From the NCBI GenBank assembly GCA_963758635.1, contig CAVWWD010000003.1, positions 576,001-640,000 of the forward strand: a DNA stretch of 64,000 nt. The letters run 5' to 3'. Both the position numbers and the translations under genes were made by a program. Under the pieces are notes generated by a model that did not search any database, was not told the origin of the DNA, and worked only from the letters and a program-made list of their open reading frames with translations. The stretch is from an uncultured Candidatus Rokubacteria bacterium. Lineage in GTDB: Bacteria > Methylomirabilota > Methylomirabilia > Rokubacteriales > CSP1-6. Positions 29,282 to 38,947 of the stretch are shown one piece after another. The first letter of the stretch is position 1. Each line of letters starts with the position of its first letter.

Positions 29282-30481
29282 CTAGAGCTCGATGGGCACG
29301 GACTCGACCACCTCGAGGCCGAAGGCCTGCAGGTGGTGCAGTCGCCTCGTGCTGTTGGTCAGGAGGCGGAGCCGGGTGAGCCCGAGGTCGCGCAGGATCT
29401 GACCGCCCACGCCGAAGTCGCGCCGGTCCATCGGGATCGCCTCGGCGCCGATCCCGCCCGCGCTCGTCAGGTCGGGCTCGTTCACGCTGCCCGCGGGATG
29501 CCAGGGTGGATACACCCGCGTCTGCAGGCGCTCGTGCAGGCCCTCGCCGACGCTGTCCGAGCGCAGGTAGACGAGCACGCCGTGCCCCTCGGCCTGGATC
29601 CGCCGCAGCGAGGCGGCGAGCAGGCGATTGGACGGGCGCGACTTGTCGCCGAAGACGTCGCCGAGGAGGTTCCGGCGGTGCATGCGCACCAGCGTGGGCT
29701 CGCGGGTCTCCGCCGGGTGCCCGCCGGGATCGAGCCGGCCCACGCCGCCCAGGCAGAACGCCAGGTGGGGCAGCGGGTCCACGACGCTCCGGTACGCGAT
29801 CAGGTCGAACCGGCCGTGGTCGGTGTCGATGGGCACGCCCTCGTGGGGCGGCAGGCGGTGCACCAGCCGCTCCCGCCGGAGCCGGTAGTGGATGATCTGC
29901 TCGACCGAGCAGATCTTGAGCCCGTGCTCCCGGGCCAGCGCCTGGAGCTCGGGCAGCCGCGCCATCTCGCCGTCCTCGCGGCACACCTCGCTGATCACCG
30001 CCGCGGGGTTCAGCCCGGCCAGCTGCATCAGGTCCACCGAGCCTTCGGTCTGCCCGGTGCGGACGAGGACGCCGCCGTCGCGGGCGCGCAGCGGCACCAT
30101 GTGGCCGGGCCGCACGAGGTCGTCGGGGCGCGTGGCGGGATCGGCGAGGAGGCGCGCGGTACGCGCGCGGTCGGACGCCGAGATCCCCGTGCCCACGCCG
30201 TGGCGCGCATGACCGTCCACCGACACCGCCATGGCCGTGCCGCGGAGCGCGGTGTTCGTGGGTGTCTGCGGATGCAGCTCGAGGCGGTCGCAGTCGGCCG
30301 CGGTGAGCGTCACGCACAGGTAGCCCGGCGTGTGCCGGGTCATGAAGTTGATCATGGCGGGGGTGACGCTCTCGGCGGCGCAGACGAGGTCACCTTCGTT
30401 CTCGCGGTCCTCGTCATCGACGAGGATCACCATCTTCCCGTTCCGCAGGTCCTCGATGATCTCGGGAACGGTGCTCAGCAT
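29282..30481 (-). CDS. ribB: DHBP synthase fused to a degenerate GTP cyclohydrolase II-like domain (RibBX type)
   Basis: [18 protein letters not shown] in RibB; C-terminal domain reads [15 protein letters not shown] and lacks the Zn-binding cysteines. Confidence 0.88.
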   Translation of the reverse strand: MLSTVPEIIEDLRNGKMVILVDDEDRENEGDLVCAAESVTPAMINFMTRHTPGYLCVTLTAADCDRLELHPQTPTNTALRGTAMAVSVDGHARHGVGTGISASDRARTARLLADPATRPDDLVRPGHMVPLRARDGGVLVRTGQTEGSVDLMQLAGLNPAAVISEVCREDGEMARLPELQALAREHGLKICSVEQIIHYRLRRERLVHRLPPHEGVPIDTDHGRFDLIAYRSVVDPLPHLAFCLGGVGRLDPGGHPAETREPTLVRMHRRNLLGDVFGDKSRPSNRLLAASLRRIQAEGHGVLVYLRSDSVGEGLHERLQTRVYPPWHPAGSVNEPDLTSAGGIGAEAIPMDRRDFGVGGQILRDLGLTRLRLLTNSTRRLHHLQAFGLEVVESVPIEL

Positions 30482-30496
30482 GATGGCCCCCGCCGG

Positions 30497-30970
30497 TCAG
30501 GCCCTGGGGTCGAGCAGGAAGAGCGCCTGGCCGTATTCCACCGGCTGGCCGTTGTCGACCAGGATCTTGACGATCCGTCCCGCCGCCTTGGCCTCGATCT
30601 CGTTCATGAGCTTCATCGCCTCGATGATGCAGAGGATCTGGCCTTCCTTGACGACCTCGCCCTCGCGGGTGAACGGCGCGGCCTCGGGGGCCGAGGCGCG
30701 GTAGAAGGTGCCGACCATGGGCGCCTCCAGCGTGACGAGCCCCGAGGGCACCGCCTCGGCGGCGACCACGCCCGGCTGCTCATGTCCGGACGGGAGAGGC
30801 GCGGGACGCGCCACCGACGGGCCGGCGGGACGCTCCCGGACGACGTGCACGCGGAGGCCGGCCTGCTCCACCTCCAGCTCGGCGAGGTCGTGCTTCACGG
30901 CCAGCTCGACAACGTCACGGGCCGTCAACGCCTTCGTCCGGTCCGCGCCCGCCGTCTTCCGCGTCGCCAC
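30497..30970 (-). CDS. accB: Biotin carboxyl carrier protein
   Basis: [17 protein letters not shown] biotinylation motif. Confidence 0.95.
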   Translation of the reverse strand: MATRKTAGADRTKALTARDVVELAVKHDLAELEVEQAGLRVHVVRERPAGPSVARPAPLPSGHEQPGVVAAEAVPSGLVTLEAPMVGTFYRASAPEAAPFTREGEVVKEGQILCIIEAMKLMNEIEAKAAGRIVKILVDNGQPVEYGQALFLLDPRA

Positions 30971-30972
30971 GG

Positions 30973-31542
30973 CTACCCCGCGGTGGCGACGCGGTTCAGG
31001 TACTCGCTGGTGCGCGTGTCCACCTTGACCACGTCCCCGACGTTGAGGAACAGCGGCACCTGCACGACGGCGCCGGACTCGAGCTCGGCCGGCTTGGTGC
31101 CGCCCGTCGCGGTGTCGCCGCGCACGCCGGGATCGGTCTTGACGATGGCCAGCTCCATGAAGTTCGGCAGCTCGACGGTGACCGGGCTGCCTTCGATGAA
31201 GAGGATCTCGACCTCGGTGTTCTCCTTGAGGAACTCGCGGGCGTCCCCCACCTCGTCCTCGGAGAGCGAGATCTGCTCGTACGACTCCAGGTCCATGAAG
31301 TGGTAGCGGTCGTCGCGGTAGAGGAACTGCATGCCCTTTTCCTCGAAGTCGACCAGCTGCACCTTCTCGCCGGCGCGGTAGGTGTGGTCGATGACCTTGC
31401 CCACCCGCATGTGCTTGAGCTTGGTGCGCACGAACGCGCCGCCCTTGCCCGGCTTGACGTGCTGGAAGTCGACGATCGAGTAAGGCTCGCCGTCGAGCGC
31501 GATCTTCATGCCCTTCTTGAACTCCGCGGTGGAAGCCTGCAT
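30973..31542 (-). CDS. efp: Elongation factor P
   Basis: HVKPGKGGAFVRTK, PGVRGDTATGG, VPLF. Confidence 0.97.
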   Translation of the reverse strand: MQASTAEFKKGMKIALDGEPYSIVDFQHVKPGKGGAFVRTKLKHMRVGKVIDHTYRAGEKVQLVDFEEKGMQFLYRDDRYHFMDLESYEQISLSEDEVGDAREFLKENTEVEILFIEGSPVTVELPNFMELAIVKTDPGVRGDTATGGTKPAELESGAVVQVPLFLNVGDVVKVDTRTSEYLNRVATAG

Positions 31543-31546
31543 GTCG

Positions 31547-32242
31547 CTATGACCCTTTCCGTTTCTGAGTCTTGACCCGGAGGGCCTGATCGAGCCCATC
31601 CCGAGCCCGGGCATCTCCCGGGTGCGTGCGGAGGCGCCGCAGGAACACCTGCGCCGCCTCCTCGGCGAGGCCCTGCTCCAAGCAGAGCGCGCCGAAGGCC
31701 AGCGTGGCAAACGTGTCGTCCGCGAGCACCGCGGCGAGCGGCGAGTGTCCGGGCACGCGCCCCTGCGCCTCGAGCGACTCCAGCGTGAGCCGCGCCTCGC
31801 GGTCGCTCGGGTCCAGCCTGACCGCCTCGGCGAGACGCTCGACGGCCTGGTCCAGCCGGCCGGCCCGGCGATGCAGCTCGCCGGCGAGCCGATGCGCCTC
31901 CGCGTCGCGCACGCCGGCCTCGCGCATCGTCTCGAGCACGGCGAGCGCCGCGTCCGCGTTGCCCTCGTCGAGGTGCGCCTTGGCGAGGATCAGCCGCGCC
32001 GCGTGGTACTGGGGGAAGCGGGCGAGGACATCCCGGCACAGCTCGATCGCGTCTCGCGCTCGTCCCGCCTTGCGATGCGCGTCGGCCAGGCGCGCCCAGG
32101 CCATGGAGTAGGGGTCCCGGGCCAGGCGCTCTTCGTAGCGGCGGATCGCCCCGGAAGCGGCCTCCTCGGCGGGCAGCGCCGCAGGGGCCGTCGCGACCGG
32201 GCTCGGCGTCTCCGGGCCGCCTTCCCGCACGTCCTGGCCCAT
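31547..32242 (-). CDS. Tetratricopeptide repeat protein
   Basis: TPR helices (LADAHRKAG, ARLILAKAHL) and a C-terminal T..FG.L..EQG motif. Confidence 0.75.
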   Translation of the reverse strand: MGQDVREGGPETPSPVATAPAALPAEEAASGAIRRYEERLARDPYSMAWARLADAHRKAGRARDAIELCRDVLARFPQYHAARLILAKAHLDEGNADAALAVLETMREAGVRDAEAHRLAGELHRRAGRLDQAVERLAEAVRLDPSDREARLTLESLEAQGRVPGHSPLAAVLADDTFATLAFGALCLEQGLAEEAAQVFLRRLRTHPGDARARDGLDQALRVKTQKRKGS

Positions 32243-32251
32243 GGCGCCTTT

Positions 32252-32280
32252 GTTATACGTGGGGTCGCGCAGCGAGTCAA
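32252..32280 (-). promoter_or_regulatory. sigma70-type promoter, near-leaderless, for TPR-efp-accB operon
   Basis: TTGACT-N17-TATAAC with the -10 ending 10 nt before the ATG at 32242. Confidence 0.7.
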
Positions 32281-32286
32281 TTGGAG

Positions 32287-32537
32287 TGGGGGGGAGCGGC
32301 CGCGCTCCCCCCCCACCGCCCCCCACGGCCACGTGCGAGCCTTCGCGGCGCCATTCGGCGCGCGGGGTGCTTCCGTTTTCGCGTGTGCGCCCGGTCGAAC
32401 GTGCGCGCTCCCCCCCACCGCCCCCCACGGACCACGTGCGCGCCTTCGCGGCGCCATTCGGCGCGCGGGGTGGTTCCGTTTTCGCGTGTGCGCCCGGTCG
32501 AACGTGCGCTCCCGCCCCCTCGCCCCCCACGGCCACG
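32287..32537. repeat. About 2.3 tandem copies of a ~103-bp GC-rich palindromic unit
   Basis: GCGCTCCCCC..ACCGCCCCCCACGG..CACGTGCG.GCCTTCGCGGCGCCATTCGGCGCGCGGGGTG.TTCCGTTTTCGCGTGTGCGCCCGGTCGAACGT at ~32302 and ~32405, partial third copy. Confidence 0.85.
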
Positions 32538-32557
32538 GGCGGGCGTCGGCGGGGCGG

Positions 32558-34123
32558 CTATCCTCGGTCCGCGTCCTCTGGCCCGTTCCGGGGCCCGAGA
32601 TAGCCAAGCACGAGCAACGTGATGTCGTCGGCTTGCAGGGCGCCGGCGGAAAACCGTTGAACCCCTTCGAGGACGTCCTCGATGACATCCTTGCTGCGAA
32701 GACCGCGTGTGCCCTGCAACGTCTCTCTCAGACGCGCGTCCGAAAAAAGCCGGCCGCCCTCATCGAGGGCGTCGGTCACCCCGTCCGTGTACAGCACCAG
32801 CCGATCTCCCGGCCCGAGCAGGAGCTGACCGGAGCCAACGCGTCCCGCCGTGGTCACGCCCAGCGCGGTGCCTCCGGTCTTGGGCAGAGCCATCACCGTT
32901 TCGTTGGACATGACGTAGGGCAGGACGTGCCCGGCATTGCCGTACTCCACCTGGCCGGTGCGCGCATCCAGGACGCAGCAGAAGACCGTCGCGAACATGC
33001 AGGTGTCGTTGTCCCGGCACATCTCTCCGTTGAGCTGGGACAGGATGCTGACCGGCGTGGCGTCGGGATGGCCTCCGGTGGCCCTGAACAGGGTCTTGGT
33101 CAGCGCCATGAAGAGCGCCGCGGGCACGCCCTTGCCGGAGACGTCGCCGATGGCAAAGCACAGTCGCTGGTCGTCCAGCATGAAGAAATCGTAGAAGTCG
33201 CCTCCGACCTCCCGCGCGGGAACGAGCGCCGCATGGATGTCGAACTCCCTCCGGTCGGGAAAGGCCGGAAAGGTCTTCGGCACCATGTTCATCTGTATGT
33301 CGTGGGCGATCTTCAGCTCACTCTCGATCCGTTCCTTGGCCGCCGTGGTCGCGGCGAGGTCCTGGAGGTACCGGTGCAGCGTCCGCTCCATGTCGATGAA
33401 CGACTCGGCCAGCTCGCCCACCTCGTCCTTGGATCTCTCCGGGAGGGCCAGGATCGCCGCGGGAATGTCCGACCCGGCCGCGAAGTCGTGCGTGGCGAGC
33501 GATCGCGCGTGCTCGGCGAGCTGACTCAGCGGTCTCGCGATGCGATTGACCAGCAGATACGCGAGCCCCACGCTCAGGAGGAAGAGCGCGAACACGAGCC
33601 CCTGCTGCCGGGCGACGGTGGACCAGATCTGAGCGCGGATGACCCCTTGGTCCATGCCCACGTGCACGTGGCCGGCCACCCCGGCCAGGATCGGCGCGTA
33701 GACGTGGATGAAGTCTCCTTGCCCGTGCAGCCGGAGCGTCGTGGCCACCACGTCGCCGGTCGACGAACTGGCGCGCGACTGCTGGATGAGAGGGACGACG
33801 TCCCGGGGCACCGCCGGCACGAACGTATGGGCGACGACGTCTCCCTGCGCATCGGCCACGAACACGTACGCCACCCCGTCGATCTCGTCGAACTGGTCGA
33901 TGATGGCCTGCACCGTGGCCAGACCGCGGTTGAGAAGAATCTCCGCGCTCGAGTCGGCCACACTCTTTGCGATCGCGATGCCCTTGCTCCGATACTCCGT
34001 GGTCAGGCTCCGGGAGAGCGTCCACCCCGATAGGATCGACGTGGCTCCGGCAATGACGCCGAACAGCGCCACGATCAAGAGCAGCGTCTTCGTGAACAGC
34101 CCCGATGTCCTCACTTCGCCCAC
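32558..34123 (-). CDS. Membrane sensor HAMP + PP2C (SpoIIE/RsbU-type) phosphatase
   Basis: 2 TM helices, HAMP, EVGGDFYD, GDVSGKG, YTDGVT, DDIT. Confidence 0.92.
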   Translation of the reverse strand: MGEVRTSGLFTKTLLLIVALFGVIAGATSILSGWTLSRSLTTEYRSKGIAIAKSVADSSAEILLNRGLATVQAIIDQFDEIDGVAYVFVADAQGDVVAHTFVPAVPRDVVPLIQQSRASSSTGDVVATTLRLHGQGDFIHVYAPILAGVAGHVHVGMDQGVIRAQIWSTVARQQGLVFALFLLSVGLAYLLVNRIARPLSQLAEHARSLATHDFAAGSDIPAAILALPERSKDEVGELAESFIDMERTLHRYLQDLAATTAAKERIESELKIAHDIQMNMVPKTFPAFPDRREFDIHAALVPAREVGGDFYDFFMLDDQRLCFAIGDVSGKGVPAALFMALTKTLFRATGGHPDATPVSILSQLNGEMCRDNDTCMFATVFCCVLDARTGQVEYGNAGHVLPYVMSNETVMALPKTGGTALGVTTAGRVGSGQLLLGPGDRLVLYTDGVTDALDEGGRLFSDARLRETLQGTRGLRSKDVIEDVLEGVQRFSAGALQADDITLLVLGYLGPRNGPEDADRG

Positions 34124-35334
34124 TGGCTCCAGCTCTCGAGCGGAACGAACCAGGCGCCCTCGAGGGTCGTGTAGTACACGCGGTCCGAGCCCTGATGCCG
34201 GTCGGGCCCGAAGGAGATGCGGCTTCCGATCCCGAGATCCAGATCGCGGATGCTCTCCACGGTGTCCTTGATGCGCGCCTTGGTCGGCGGGGAGCCCATG
34301 CGCTTCAAGATGTGCACCAGCAGTTTCGCGTTCAAGAAGCCTTCCAGGCTGACGGAGCTGTACCGGATGGGGCGATAGTCCGCGGCGCCCGGATGCGGCC
34401 CCTGAGCCCCGAACTCGTCCATCTGCTCCCGATACTCCCGGATCGCGAGCAGCGACACATCTTCATGGGATGGGACCACTTGCGACACGATGAGGTTGCG
34501 CGTGTAGTCGACGCCCTTGGCCCGGCCGAGCTGATGGAGAGCCTCCGCCATCGCCTCGCTGCCGACGAACGACACGTTGGCGATGGGGACCGTCCAGCCG
34601 GCATCGCGCGCGTCCCGGATCAAGGCCGCGGACGCCGCGTAGGCGCCGATAGCCACGATCGCGTCGGGGCGTGCGGCTCTGAGGATGTCCACCTGCGGTT
34701 TCAGGCTTGCCGACAGGGTCGTGCCTCGGCGATAGGTGGCCTCGCTCACGATCGTGAGTCCGTGGCGCGCGAGGGCGTCCTTGACTCCTTCCCATCCGCC
34801 TCGTCCATAGGCATCGGCTTGATAGAACACGGCGACCCGCGTCCTCCCGATCCGGACGAGGTGATCGACCAATCCCCGCGTCTCCTCGCGATAGGAGGCC
34901 CGCAGGTTGAACACGGAATCGACGTAGGGGGGCTGCCGGTGCGGCTGGGCTCCGGTGAACGGAAAGAAGAGATACACCTGACGCTTCTGATAGCTCTTCA
35001 GCAGGGGAAGCACGCGCGTGACCGTGGGCGTGCCGACGAAGTTCATCAGCAGAAGGACATCGTCGTCGTCGACGAGCCTGATGGTGTTGCGGATGGCCGG
35101 GGTGGGGTCGTACCGGTCATCGTAGGCCCGAATGACGATGCGCCGGCCGTTGATGCCCCCCGCTCGATTGACCGACTCCAGGTGCGCCATCGAGCCGCGA
35201 TAGAGCTCGATACCGAGGCCCCGGGAGGGCCCGGTGAACGCCGCGGACATGCCGATGACGATCTCCTGGGCCGGGAGCGTCCCGGGAAGAAGAAGGATCA
35301 GGCCCGCCAAGAGGAGCGCGCGCCCCAGGGCCAT
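34111..35334 (-). CDS. Periplasmic binding protein (type 1, Leu/Ile/Val-like) without transporter genes
   Basis: Signal peptide, IGMSAAFTG, DDRYDP, VGTPT, NLRASY. Confidence 0.85.
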   Translation of the reverse strand: MALGRALLLAGLILLLPGTLPAQEIVIGMSAAFTGPSRGLGIELYRGSMAHLESVNRAGGINGRRIVIRAYDDRYDPTPAIRNTIRLVDDDDVLLLMNFVGTPTVTRVLPLLKSYQKRQVYLFFPFTGAQPHRQPPYVDSVFNLRASYREETRGLVDHLVRIGRTRVAVFYQADAYGRGGWEGVKDALARHGLTIVSEATYRRGTTLSASLKPQVDILRAARPDAIVAIGAYAASAALIRDARDAGWTVPIANVSFVGSEAMAEALHQLGRAKGVDYTRNLIVSQVVPSHEDVSLLAIREYREQMDEFGAQGPHPGAADYRPIRYSSVSLEGFLNAKLLVHILKRMGSPPTKARIKDTVESIRDLDLGIGSRISFGPDRHQGSDRVYYTTLEGAWFVPLESWSQWAK

Positions 35335-35409
35335 CACGACGGTTTTCGCCGGCGATGGTGTCCGCGAGACTGCTCGTCCCGCCCCCCGCTGACGCGATCC
35401 CGGCCATCC

Positions 35410-35826
35410 CTAGTGGACGCTCTTTCTCAGGAGCAGGACGTTCTTCCCCTTCCGCCTCTGGTACTCCAGCCCGTCCACGAGCGTGCGCACCAGGTGGATG
35501 CCGAGTCCGCCGATCGACCGATCGTGCAACGATCGCGTAGTGTCTGGCGACGGCGCGTGGAGGGGGTTGAACGGCTGGCCGTCGTCTTCCACCTCGGCCT
35601 CGAGCGTTCCCGGTCGTGCCGTCAGCCGGACCGTGATCTCGTGTTCACGGCCGTCCGTGTAGCCATGGGACATGATGTTGGCGAGGATCTCCTCGAGGGC
35701 GAGATCGAGGGCGTGCACCGCTCGGGGAGCGAGGCGATAGCGCTGTCCGAACGACGCCAGCGTCCGGCTGAACCGCTCGATCTCGCGGCGGTCGTTGGTG
35801 AGCGTGACCTCCAGTTGTTCTCGCAT
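35410..35826 (-). CDS. Anti-sigma factor / serine kinase (RsbW/SpoIIAB-type HATPase)
   Basis: LALEEILANI..HG, DDG.PFNP, GGLGIHLV. Confidence 0.9.
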   Translation of the reverse strand: MREQLEVTLTNDRREIERFSRTLASFGQRYRLAPRAVHALDLALEEILANIMSHGYTDGREHEITVRLTARPGTLEAEVEDDGQPFNPLHAPSPDTTRSLHDRSIGGLGIHLVRTLVDGLEYQRRKGKNVLLLRKSVH

Positions 35827-35947
35827 CGTCTGGGCGTCCGGGACAGAAGCCGCGCAGAGCCTGGCGCTTATCGGTCGGGCCACCCGACGCGATGGGCGTC
35901 GGAGAGAGTTCCGGGAGGCGTCGGCGCCACGGGCGACGTCTGGAGGT

Positions 35948-37291
35948 TCAGCGGAATTCCAGCTCTTCGGTGATGATCCGGTCCCGGGGTACGCCGAGCG
36001 CCCGGAATTGCCGGCTGAGGTCCGCCACGAACCTGAGCTGGCCACACAGCATCACCGCGTAGCCTTCGAGCGCGACATCGGCCGCGACGAGAGCGGCCGT
36101 GATCCTCCCACGCCGTGCCGTCTGCCACAGCGAGTACTCGATGAACGACTCCGCCTGCAAGTAGGACTGGCGGATCTCCGCGTCGTACACCGCGTCCTGA
36201 TCGTCGCGGACGACGTAGTAGAGCCAGATCCGACGAAAATCGTGGTTGCTGAGCTCGAACGCCAGCATGCCGAGGAACGGCGTGATGCCGATGCCCGCCC
36301 CGATGCAGACGATCCGCCGAAAATGGGCGTAGCGATGGGACGTGAACCCGCCGAAGGGTCCGTAGACGTCCAGCGGCGTCCCTGGCTTGAGCCCGGGGAG
36401 CTGCCGGGTGAAGTCTCCGACGGCCCGGATCGACACGCGCAGATCCCGATCCACCGGCGACGAGGAGATCGAGAACGGATGCAACTCCTTCCGATGCTGC
36501 TCCAGCTCGGGAACCCGCAAGAAGACGAAGGTCCCGGGCTCGTACATCATGCGCCGGTCGACGGGGCGCATCACGAGGTCGATGATGGCGCTCCCCTTCG
36601 AGGCCACCGCCGCGAGGCGGTAGGGGTAGCGGGGCCCGAGCCGGTTGAACAGGACCACTCGGTAGAGCCAGGCCGCTCCGCCCGCCAGCAGAAGAATGAC
36701 CATCCAGGTCCGCAGCGGCTCGAACTCGGCGATCGTGCCGGGCTCGATGGCCGCGTGCGCGGCGCCCCCGAGAAAGACGAGCCCGGTCAGCCGGTGGACC
36801 GCGAGCCAGCGCTCGTAGCGCATGCGGCGATCGAAGGCGAGGCCACCCAGGAGCAGGAGCACGTAGAAGATCAGGATATCGATCGAGCGCGCGGACTCCG
36901 ACCAGAATGGGATGAAGATGTCTCCGAGCGACGCGCCCCGCTGGAACGCCACCACCGCCAGCAGAAGGACGTGGACGATCAGGAGGAGGATCGCGGCCGG
37001 CCCGACGACCTTGTGGAAGCGCACGGCCCGATCGAGACCCCCGAAGATCGGCTCGAGCGCCTGGGCGCGAACCACCGCGAGCATGGCGAGCGCCATGAGG
37101 GTGACCGACCACAGCACCGTGAGCTGAGAGAGCCCTCGCCAGGGCCAGAAGCCAGCCGGGACCGGGCCGGGGATTCTGGCCGCGGCCCAGAGAACGGTCG
37201 TGATGGTCACGCAGCCGGCGGTCAGGATCCATCCCGGTCGCCACGCCCCGAGCGGGGGCAACCGCCGGCGCAGGATGTCCCCGAGTCTCAC
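35948..37291 (-). CDS. Ferric reductase-like transmembrane + FAD/NAD(P)H-binding flavocytochrome (bacterial NOX-like)
   Basis: Four TM His (RFHK, IVHV, AVHR, AAHA), HPFSISS, GPFG, GAGIGITPF, LCG, terminal EEL.F. Confidence 0.85.
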   Translation of the reverse strand: MRLGDILRRRLPPLGAWRPGWILTAGCVTITTVLWAAARIPGPVPAGFWPWRGLSQLTVLWSVTLMALAMLAVVRAQALEPIFGGLDRAVRFHKVVGPAAILLLIVHVLLLAVVAFQRGASLGDIFIPFWSESARSIDILIFYVLLLLGGLAFDRRMRYERWLAVHRLTGLVFLGGAAHAAIEPGTIAEFEPLRTWMVILLLAGGAAWLYRVVLFNRLGPRYPYRLAAVASKGSAIIDLVMRPVDRRMMYEPGTFVFLRVPELEQHRKELHPFSISSSPVDRDLRVSIRAVGDFTRQLPGLKPGTPLDVYGPFGGFTSHRYAHFRRIVCIGAGIGITPFLGMLAFELSNHDFRRIWLYYVVRDDQDAVYDAEIRQSYLQAESFIEYSLWQTARRGRITAALVAADVALEGYAVMLCGQLRFVADLSRQFRALGVPRDRIITEELEFR

Positions 37292-37337
37292 GACGTGATC
37301 CGCCCCCTGCGGGCGGTGACTCCTTCATTCATGGCGC

Positions 37338-37673
37338 TCATCGGAGACCCTCGAGGGCCTCGCGGTGAGAATCGTAGATGGCAAAGATGGGGATGAATCC
37401 GGCGATATCGAAGACTTCCCTGACCGCCTCGGTGAGCGTGCAGAGCGCGATCCGGCCCTGCGCGCTGTCGAGGCGCTTGGCGGCGAGGATGAACACGCGC
37501 AGCCCGGCGCTGCTGATGTACTCGAGCCCCGCCAGGTCGATCGCGATCCGGCGAGCGCCGGACTCGATGTGAGCGAGAACTCGATCCTGGAATGCGTTCG
37601 CGGTCGTCGTGTCCAGTCGCCCGGACACGATGAGCGTGACGATGTCCGCCGTCTTGTGCTCCGTGATCTCCAT
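37338..37673 (-). CDS. STAS-domain anti-sigma factor antagonist (RsbV/SpoIIAA-type)
   Basis: GRLD, YISSAGLR phospho-Ser motif, VFDIAG. Confidence 0.92.
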   Translation of the reverse strand: MEITEHKTADIVTLIVSGRLDTTTANAFQDRVLAHIESGARRIAIDLAGLEYISSAGLRVFILAAKRLDSAQGRIALCTLTEAVREVFDIAGFIPIFAIYDSHREALEGLR

Positions 37674-37763
37674 GCCTGCTCCTTGGTTACCCGCACCACC
37701 CGATGTCTCGTCCTCGAGAGCGAGAGACGAGAACGAATCAGGCGCCGCTGCGCGGCCGGTGGG

Positions 37764-38846
37764 TCAGCCGAGCTCCTGGAGGGTCTCGAGGATGGCGGTG
37801 GTCGGAACGTCGTGGACCATGCGGTATTTGCCGATCTCGGGGGCGAGGACGAACGGGACGCGGCCGTCCTTGCCCTTCTTGTCACGCGTGAGCGCCTCCA
37901 TGACCGCGGTGGGATCGGCGCCGGAGCCCTTCACGGGGAGGCCCACCGCCTGGAGCACGTCGACCTGGCGCGCGCGGCTCTCCGCGTCCCCCACGCCGAG
38001 GCGCTCGGCCAGTCGCGCCTCGGCCGCCATGCCGAGCGACACGGCCTCGCCGTGGGTCCACCGGACGTAGCCGGTCGCGGCCTCGATGGCGTGGCCCAGG
38101 GTGTGGCCGTAGTTCAGCACGTTGCGCAGCTCGGTGTCGCGCTCGTCCTGCTCCACCACCGAGGCCTTGATCCGGCACGAGCCGGCGACCACGCGCTCCA
38201 GCGTGGGCAGGTCGCGGGCGAGGAGCGGCTCGCGGCTCGCCTCGAGGTCGTCGAAGTACTCTCGGTCGAGCACGATGCCGTGCTTGATCACCTCGGCGAG
38301 CCCCGAGCGATAGTCCCGCTCGGGCAGCGTCAGCAGCACCCCGGGGTCCACCAGCACGACGCGGGGCTGGTGGAAGGCGCCGATGAGGTTCTTCGCCCGC
38401 GGGTGGTCGATGGCGGTCTTGCCGCCGCTGGAGGCGTCGACCTGGGCCAGGAGCGTGGTGGGCATCTGGACGAAGTTCACCCCGCGCATGTAGGTGGCGG
38501 CGGCGAACCCCGCCACGTCGCCGATGGCGCCGCCGCCCAGCGTGAGCACCGTGGAGGATCGGTCGAGCCGCGCGTCGGCGAACGCGTCCCAGAGACGGCT
38601 CGCCACGGCCAGGACCTTCGCCTCCTCGCTGCCCGGCACCATCATCGTGGTCACGTCGAAGCCCGCCGCGCGCAGGCCCTCCAGCACCGGCCCGCCGTGG
38701 CGCTCCAGGATGGACGGCTCGGTGACGAGGGCCACGCGCCGCCCGACGCGGAGGGCGGTCAGCTCGCGGCCCACCTGCGCCAGTGTTCCCGTTCCCACCA
38801 GGATCCGGTAGGAGCGCGCGCCGAGGTTCACGGGGATGACGTGCAT
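37764..38846 (-). CDS. aroB: 3-dehydroquinate synthase
   Basis: GGGAIGD, PTTLLAQVDAS.GGKT, KNLIGAFHQP, LNYGHT, HGEAV. Confidence 0.96.
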   Translation of the reverse strand: MHVIPVNLGARSYRILVGTGTLAQVGRELTALRVGRRVALVTEPSILERHGGPVLEGLRAAGFDVTTMMVPGSEEAKVLAVASRLWDAFADARLDRSSTVLTLGGGAIGDVAGFAAATYMRGVNFVQMPTTLLAQVDASSGGKTAIDHPRAKNLIGAFHQPRVVLVDPGVLLTLPERDYRSGLAEVIKHGIVLDREYFDDLEASREPLLARDLPTLERVVAGSCRIKASVVEQDERDTELRNVLNYGHTLGHAIEAATGYVRWTHGEAVSLGMAAEARLAERLGVGDAESRARQVDVLQAVGLPVKGSGADPTAVMEALTRDKKGKDGRVPFVLAPEIGKYRMVHDVPTTAILETLQELG

Positions 38847-38947
38847 GGCGCCCATTCTAGTCCGGTGGGCGGCACCCCCGGCGGGGAAAGCAACCGGCCC
38901 CGTCGCGCGTCGGCGCGACGGGGCCGGGGATGCGGTCGGCGGCGCGG

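Noticed and set aside
35351..35400. Fluoride riboswitch (GGCGATGGTGT...)
   Set aside because: Antisense to the surrounding genes, downstream conserved elements absent, no fluoride-related gene
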